A DNA stretch of 39,763 nucleotides from a candidate division WWE3 bacterium RIFOXYD1_FULL_39_9 (GTDB lineage: Bacteria; Patescibacteriota; WWE3; UBA101185; UBA10185): contig MEWG01000022.1 in NCBI GenBank assembly GCA_001773295.1, positions 1 to 39,763 of the forward strand. The letters are read 5' to 3'. Below, one piece after another: positions 35,301-39,763 of this stretch. The notes beneath the pieces are model-generated. The model had not been told where the DNA came from. It worked only from the letters and a program-made list of their open reading frames with translations, and did no database searches. Numbering within the stretch: position 1 is the first letter of the stretch; every line of letters begins with the position of its first letter. The translations under genes were made by a program, and so were the position numbers.

Positions 35301-35880
35301 TACCGAATCCGACCATCGAAACACCTAATAATATAAGGTAGACTGCTAAACTCTTTAAGTTTGGGGACCTTAAATACTTATAAAAATAGGCAATAAGCAA
35401 GGGTAAAGGTATATATAAAAAAACCTGATGTGAAAACCCCCAAGTATAAGTAAAAAAATAAAGGGTAGTCAGATTTAACGCGTACAAGAGTGAAAAAAAA
35501 GACTGAAGAAGTGGTTTATCTTTACCGAACAGTATCCTCAACATCCAAAAAAACGATACGTAGGATAAAAAAAGGAACATGCTAAAAACAAAGGAAAGTA
35601 TCTGAGAGTCGGTAAGTCCTGCCATTGACGGTAATAAGTATAAAAATAGGTAGTAGGGCAAAGTCGGATACCAGCTGAAAAAACCTCCCTCGCCGCCTGC
35701 GCCTATCCTATTATTCCAAGTGTAATAAATGTGATGGAAAATGTTCTTTATGTTTACCGGCTGAGCGAAATCACCGCTTGTGTAAATGTAGCCCTCAGGA
35801 AACGTATTAACAAGCGTTACCCACGCCAATAATAATACCGGAATTAAAATTAACAATTTTTGATATCTTTTTAAGCCCAT
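32323..35880 (-). CDS. giant membrane protein, AftD/DUF3367-like GT-C architecture
   Basis: 1185 aa. An N-terminal block of about 420 aa has many TMs, with a first loop YTSGDFAQPVN...YTWNNRIGAGGEGGF and later ALRSYEKVAIFMPF. A soluble region of about 720 aa starts at VPDAYKDVYDIV. The protein ends HYIANGFSNGWLI... plus one C-terminal TM (LFYIGIVISTAIIGLSALYLIWV). Confidence 0.6.
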   Translation of the reverse strand: MGLKRYQKLLILIPVLLLAWVTLVNTFPEGYIYTSGDFAQPVNIKNIFHHIYYTWNNRIGAGGEGGFFSWYPTLPYYLFLYLLPSMAGLTDSQILSFVFSMFLFLSYVSFFWMLRILFGKDKPLLQSFFSLLYALNLTTLYFFTYTWGFSHQVFLYIPLPLLIAYFYKYLRSPNLKSLAVYLILLGVSMVGFGNSAFFFALVIFMGLFTLALLLTGLVKVTKKFIASLLALGITSLLVICVWLMPTLVFVNEGITSLVSGVFDLKSWLDSQSADLLSIYMGMQRYPDFFPVKYGFKIWYVVGFLPIAMLLIFLTSQRKIKDESHKLSISILLVGVIFMLLLKKSQPPFGDLSMLLFKIPFIPALRSYEKVAIFMPFVFLTSLYGFIPERLKNSAIFLIFILFISTAPLPFYIGGIQKVYSINFAKKEDYLTADFSGLVKVPDAYKDVYDIVNSDPTVTKLQALPHSPLNTIAWVNYPKWKLIGVNPTENYFNRPTIAQNSSMYVLEDFNPTQSLNTLNIPPIWYVRMLPYFNVSDIIYHFDVEDGFIVQSGSKMEELERQNLIHSYFENDFIKMYKIDSAHTLPVFYAPERTKVINGKIAALPYIFSLDDYSVNQQFVLGKSAGVLNETDIDYIYYPVEEISPMDLSIEGFWSTDWKSPAADYNPYTIQYRLRVIKEELSLAKEKNPIRKIQLKLIHLNKRAYELSKYNLIDSHESVAAYTSSLDETIEMLSGIPTEARGRMYKGLVTTTQSYLLRHYSEYGTDPKLRELFANSLKKFQEWASEISDKNCSDFCYRFTVNKPDKYDILIDNKSFDKNVPNHTIDKLTVVTNNGNEVVRTVELNSLGQVNGNFIQIGSFEFEPGTPVRLNIKFHETPNLLIGEEWLEYKTFEEDTSGIKLRPQLFGAQPSKYKRIDSWISNTRYAVSFDYKLNSGKAAIALVEDIVGKSKEKKILDIEQIPTVRKILFDAVIDRDVSVISPNNDGWSTYKKTFTSSEDTVNGYLFIYGFSGKNNFSDIEIKNIKVQKVPDPKIIIRKFNASNQAKIHTPKIEFISINPTKYKLNITDIQSPFYLVFSESFSKEWQLYRHEENILSKTSILGELFETVGLDKVASDKHYIANGFSNGWLISDEYAKDGKLELIVEFNAQRLFYIGIVISTAIIGLSALYLIWVTVFNKLRKNNADKN

Positions 35881-37193
35881 CTTATTCCGCTTTCCCGAGC
35901 TATCTTTTCCAGAACAGGTAAAAAGGCTTTTTTATAGTCCAGCTCTGACGAAAAGTCCAAAACCCCCGATTTCAACCTTTTATATAGGATATCATCTGTA
36001 AGGCATCTGACAACAATATCAGCAAGTATTTTAGGGTCATTTTCTCCCATTAAACCGGCGTTTTTGGACTCAATAATTGATCCGACCAAGGGACCGCCTT
36101 TAGTCATTAGAACCGGTATTCCAAGTTTTATGTACTCTTTAGGCTTAGAGGGTTCGGAAAATAAAGAAACGTTATCCGCTTCTGGTCTATAAAGCGCTAA
36201 CCCTAGTTTTGCAGGTAAAAGTAATCTTTGGGCATCTTGCATGTCCGGAACATAGCCAAAAAACTCTACGTTAGCTTCAATTCCTAAGTCTTCTGCCATT
36301 TTCTTATATTTTTCTACGGTTAGGGAACCGCCGCCAACCACTAAAAGTCTTATATCAGGGAGCTGTCTTTTAACCTCTTTTACGGTTTGAAGCGACATGT
36401 CCATTCCGGCGTTGGAGTCCAGTCTGCCGATATACGCAAGCACATTACCATCTCTATGATATCCAGAGTATTTAATAACTTCTTCACTCTCTAATAATAT
36501 CGTTGGGGAAACAATAGAATCTCTGTTTTCAAAACCATGATCCAAATCCCATTTTTTACATATCTCACTTGGATACCAAACAAGATCGTTTTTTTCGCCC
36601 AGACTTCGTAACAAATACTGTATTCTGATAAAAAATCTGTCGACTTTTAATAGTAATTTCTGAGCCACCTTTTTTCCGAAGCCGGCGTCAGAATTTGGCC
36701 CAGAAGATATCTCAAAGTAAAAAGGTTTATTGCTATTTAAAGATGGCAAAGCGTCTCCGTTCATATAAACACTGTACTTAACTATTCCCAGTAATTTTAA
36801 GGCATACATTACAGCTGAACCGAACTGAGTCTCACCGATACCAACATCAAATTTTTTGTCATCGCTTTTTAACAGCAAAACAAATAAAAATATAATATTC
36901 AAAAAATATTGAAAGGCGAAAACTAAAAATAACGGAAATGGGAACCAAACGGAAAAGTTAAAATCTTTCCTTGTACCATCCGAATTAATAACAAACGATT
37001 CCATCAAAAACCGATTTTTCATCGGTCTTACCGATGGTAATTTAAAAATAGTAAAGTTAGCTAATTCGTTTTCCCTTACATATTTTTCAAGGTAGTTTAA
37101 CGGGGGAGTGCCATAAAAATTTACTAAATATAGAAATGAAGGTTTACGTGACTCTTTTACCTCATGCAGGCTGTCTTTAAGTTCATTTGTCAT
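35871..37193 (-). CDS. membrane-associated GT-B-like glycosyltransferase
   Basis: 440 aa. A hydrophobic segment (VWFPFPLFLVFAFQYFLNIIFLFVLLL) lies in the N-terminal half. The C-terminal half has LLVVGGGS...FFGYVP... and PSKPKEYIKLGIPVLMTKGGPL (the group-1 K..EY..G.PV motif). Confidence 0.65.
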   Translation of the reverse strand: MTNELKDSLHEVKESRKPSFLYLVNFYGTPPLNYLEKYVRENELANFTIFKLPSVRPMKNRFLMESFVINSDGTRKDFNFSVWFPFPLFLVFAFQYFLNIIFLFVLLLKSDDKKFDVGIGETQFGSAVMYALKLLGIVKYSVYMNGDALPSLNSNKPFYFEISSGPNSDAGFGKKVAQKLLLKVDRFFIRIQYLLRSLGEKNDLVWYPSEICKKWDLDHGFENRDSIVSPTILLESEEVIKYSGYHRDGNVLAYIGRLDSNAGMDMSLQTVKEVKRQLPDIRLLVVGGGSLTVEKYKKMAEDLGIEANVEFFGYVPDMQDAQRLLLPAKLGLALYRPEADNVSLFSEPSKPKEYIKLGIPVLMTKGGPLVGSIIESKNAGLMGENDPKILADIVVRCLTDDILYKRLKSGVLDFSSELDYKKAFLPVLEKIARESGIRWA

Positions 37194-37812
37194 CCTTCAC
37201 CGCCTCCATTATGAGATAGATCTCGGCAGCTCCACCAACCCAATAACACCAAAATCTTTCGAAGATTTCCGGTGATACATTTATTAAAGCGTTCATAAAA
37301 AGGATGAATGGTTTCAAAATATAACCAACTAAAGGAGGCCAATCGGGTTTTACAATATATTTCATGTACCAATCCTCATTGGGCCATGTGTAAAAGTATC
37401 TTATCTTTCTGGTTAAAATATTAAATCTAACGCCGGAATATCCCCACTTTTTATAATCTCGCTGGGCATCGAAAATATCAAATGCGTAAATTGAAAAGGC
37501 TTTCTTGTGGGTTATATCTCCCCATGCGTATAAACTTGAAAAATGCGGGACCCTTAAATAAAATATTCCGCCCGGTTTTAGAATCCTATGAAGCTCTTCA
37601 ATTGCTTTTATTGAATCATCTAAATGCTCTAGCACATGATATAAATGAATTTCATCAGCATAATTGTCTGGAAACGGATATGGATAATTATTTAAATTGT
37701 GAACAACATCTACGGTTTCTTTTCTTGGTATTACATCTACACCTATTGAACCTGGAATTCTTGAACCGTTGCAGCCAAAATTTATAATCACCTTGTCTTG
37801 TTTATTTTCCAT
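37183..37812 (-). CDS. class I SAM-dependent methyltransferase
   Basis: 209 aa. Motif I-like INFGCNG..IPGSIGVD, acidic post-I DVVHNL, YHVLEHL and ELHRILKPGGIFYLRVPH (Methyltransf_11/23-type pattern). Confidence 0.75.
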   Translation of the reverse strand: MENKQDKVIINFGCNGSRIPGSIGVDVIPRKETVDVVHNLNNYPYPFPDNYADEIHLYHVLEHLDDSIKAIEELHRILKPGGIFYLRVPHFSSLYAWGDITHKKAFSIYAFDIFDAQRDYKKWGYSGVRFNILTRKIRYFYTWPNEDWYMKYIVKPDWPPLVGYILKPFILFMNALINVSPEIFERFWCYWVGGAAEIYLIMEAVKDDK

Positions 37813-37818
37813 ATAAAT

Positions 37819-38949
37819 TTAATTATAAAACAAATGTGGGTACAAATTGTCCAACAATTTTGCTTTATCGAATTTCATAGACCATTCTAATGCATTTTTA
37901 CTATACTGCACATACCTTTCCCTATCGTTTATTAAGTCTTTTACTGCAGCAATAAATTCCTCCTCATTTTTAACCATAACACCGGCATTTTCCTCTTCTA
38001 GCTCGTGACAAGTTGAAACCACGTCATTACAAATTGTCGGCAATCCTGACGCTGCATATTCCCTTATTTTCAGTGAATCTGCATATCTTTCAAATTGGTT
38101 CTTGCCCTCGTACCATGCTAAGCCGATGGCACACTTAGATAAAATTTCTATATTCTTTTCGTACGATACCAAACCAAAGCACTTTACGTGATTGGCGTTC
38201 TTGTTTTTATTAATTTTTTCTTTTGCAGAGTCAGATACATTTCCTGCCAAGTGTAAAGAGCAGCTTTGATCCACTTTTAACGCTTCCTCGACTACTTTTA
38301 ACATAAGGTCTATCTCCAGGTCACTGATAAAAGATTTGGTGTAAATTAAATCTCCGGGTTTCTTGTTTTCGATCTTAATTTTTGGAATATTGTTAAATTC
38401 AGGGGAATTAGGTAAAAAGTATAAGAATCCTTTTGCTTTTCCATTTGTCATCTCGCCGATCTTTATCTCAGCTTTTCTGCTAACAAAAGTTACAACGTCT
38501 GCATTCATGACGGCGAATTTATATAGCTGATTGTAAATAAAATCAAGAGTCGGATTGGAAAATCTACTGTCCGAATAATCAACAGAGTGGAAGTGTATTC
38601 GTAATTCAGGTCTAATTACAAGCTTGGTAACCCAAGCACCGAAAAAATTAAGCGGATCGACCGCAAGTATATATGTTAAATCTGATAGCTTGATCAGCTC
38701 TAATATATTTACGATTACTTCCTGCGGCCATCTAATTGGGCCGCTACCCAAAAGATTGATTGCCCTTTCTTGGTCCCCGATCCTTACAAATGTTGGACCG
38801 CTTGTGTTAAGAGGGTGCTCAACATAAATAGGAGCGTGTCCCTTAGATTCAAGATACCTCACAATGTAATCCGCACCGCCTTTTTTAATTGTAGCTCCGC
38901 TATATAGTCGGTGAACGAGAACTGCAAATTTTTCCTTATTTTGATCCAT
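37819..38949 (-). CDS. GT-B-like glycosyltransferase (group-1 variant)
   Basis: 376 aa. The C-terminal SLKIREYAASGLPTICNDV motif is of the same K..EY..G.P type as 22835-24040 and 35871-37193, and the size is typical of GT-B enzymes. Confidence 0.6.
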   Translation of the reverse strand: MDQNKEKFAVLVHRLYSGATIKKGGADYIVRYLESKGHAPIYVEHPLNTSGPTFVRIGDQERAINLLGSGPIRWPQEVIVNILELIKLSDLTYILAVDPLNFFGAWVTKLVIRPELRIHFHSVDYSDSRFSNPTLDFIYNQLYKFAVMNADVVTFVSRKAEIKIGEMTNGKAKGFLYFLPNSPEFNNIPKIKIENKKPGDLIYTKSFISDLEIDLMLKVVEEALKVDQSCSLHLAGNVSDSAKEKINKNKNANHVKCFGLVSYEKNIEILSKCAIGLAWYEGKNQFERYADSLKIREYAASGLPTICNDVVSTCHELEEENAGVMVKNEEEFIAAVKDLINDRERYVQYSKNALEWSMKFDKAKLLDNLYPHLFYN

Positions 38950-39763
38950 AAGCTCGATTCCAAGATTCTATTAAAAAAATACGCCAAAGTAGATATTCTT
39001 TTTGCTGTTGTAATACTTTAAAATCCGTCGGTTCAAATAAATCTTCCAATGCAGAAACAGTCATCAATTTTTGTGAAACCGAATTAGCGCTAAAAGCATA
39101 ATCGCGTACTTTATCAAGATTTGCTTTTAATACATCGTCCATCGGCATCAAGAAACCTCGCTTTTTTCTTGCAACAATTTCTTCAGGTAAATATTTCTTA
39201 GCAACTTCTCTTAATATATATTTTTCATTTATATTTCTCATGCTCTGAACTGAACCTTTGAGCTTGAATTGGCTTGGCAGACTGTAGACAAACTCGACTA
39301 CTTTATGGTCAAGATATGGAACACGAGCTTCAACAGATGCGGCCATTGTGCCTTTGTCCACTTTCATTAGTAAGTGATTAGACAGTTGAACATTTAACTC
39401 TACAGAAGAAATATTTCTGAACATATCCTCGTTATAGTTCTCAATGTATTTCTGGTGCCAGATATCGTAGTAAAATTTTGGATTAAAAGTAATATTTCTG
39501 GACAAAGCATAATAATACAGCGCAGACACAACTCTGTTTGGCATCACTGAATAAGGCAATTGAGAAAGACCGAACCATGAGTAACCTCCAAAAATCTCAT
39601 CAGAACCCTCCCCAAGCAAAACCACTGTCACCCCCTGACGTTTCAATTCAGTACACAAAATCTTAGTTGAAATCAGTCCGCCGTCAAACGAAGTTAGGTC
39701 GTCAAAATCCTTAATATAAGCTTCAATATTGTTGTTAATTACACCCGCATCAATTAATATTTC
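38936..39763 (-). CDS. asparagine synthase (glutamine-hydrolysing)-like amidotransferase, C-terminal synthetase part; gene continues past the right edge
   Basis: VVLLGEGSDEIFGGYSWF and the downstream helical region match the AsnB synthetase domain. The ORF-track M at 39658 is a TTG. I translated 39659-39763 in frame (EILIDAGVINNNIEAYIKDFDDLTSFDGGLISTKIL...) and found no stop, so the gene is truncated by the window. Confidence 0.8.
   Translation of the reverse strand, partial: EILIDAGVINNNIEAYIKDFDDLTSFDGGLISTKILCTELKRQGVTVVLLGEGSDEIFGGYSWFGLSQLPYSVMPNRVVSALYYYALSRNITFNPKFYYDIWHQKYIENYNEDMFRNISSVELNVQLSNHLLMKVDKGTMAASVEARVPYLDHKVVEFVYSLPSQFKLKGSVQSMRNINEKYILREVAKKYLPEEIVARKKRGFLMPMDDVLKANLDKVRDYAFSANSVSQKLMTVSALEDLFEPTDFKVLQQQKEYLLWRIFLIESWNRAYGSK

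Noticed and set aside
37181-37195. The methyltransferase/440-aa GT junction (GGATGACAAATGA) as a third copy of the AATGCTRACAAA junction element.
   Set aside because: Only GACAAA is shared, and the ATG sits in a different register. This is more simply explained by Asp/Lys-rich C-terminal tails.
1-39763. Mobile elements, prophage remnants, CRISPR arrays, tRNA/rRNA genes, toxin-antitoxin pairs and defence systems.
   Set aside because: There are no transposase, integrase, Cas or reverse-transcriptase-like translations in any frame. There are no direct-repeat arrays. No intergenic gap is long enough (maximum 159 nt at 7945-8103, checked by eye) to hold a structured RNA gene.

Overview
This 39.8-kb window is a very compact, low-GC bacterial chromosome segment. 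By my coordinates only about 0.7 kb is non-coding. It uses the standard genetic code: TGA works as a stop, for example in the ATGA rsmH/ftsL overlap at 6636-6639. I found no rRNA, tRNA, CRISPR array, transposase, integrase or long repeat; the largest intergenic gap is 159 nt.

Positions 1-10.3 kb are mostly housekeeping genes, almost all on the minus strand. They comprise a PEP-synthase-family fragment and a phosphohexomutase co-transcribed with a minimal two-component pair (sensor-less histidine kinase plus receiver-only regulator). Next come a divergent LCP-family ligase, yraN, a truncated division/cell-wall cluster (mraZ-rsmH-ftsL-ftsI only), glyQS and recO.

Positions 10.3-39.8 kb (about 74% of the window) are devoted to envelope glycan synthesis. 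This part holds a DUF4012-like protein, a small PglC-type phosphoglycosyl transferase, eight GT-B/GT4-like glycosyltransferases and a Wzx-type flippase. It also holds a SAM methyltransferase, an AsnB-like amidotransferase and six large polytopic membrane proteins totalling about 4,700 codons.

The most interesting part is a roughly 22-kb, 15-gene, single-strand, start/stop-overlapping operon (17698-39763). It contains:
- a Wzy_C (O-antigen ligase/polymerase-like) :: PMT_2/ArnT-like GT-C fusion of 952 aa;
- three mid-sized GT-C-like membrane proteins;
- two giant (1185 and 995 aa) AftD/DUF3367-like proteins, each followed by a small overlapping membrane protein.

I interpret it as a candidate extracytoplasmic glycopolymer assembly line of unknown product. 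The compactness, minimal signalling proteins and gene content resemble Patescibacteria/CPR genomes, but that is inference only. All functional calls come from motifs read by eye in the supplied translations; no database search was run.
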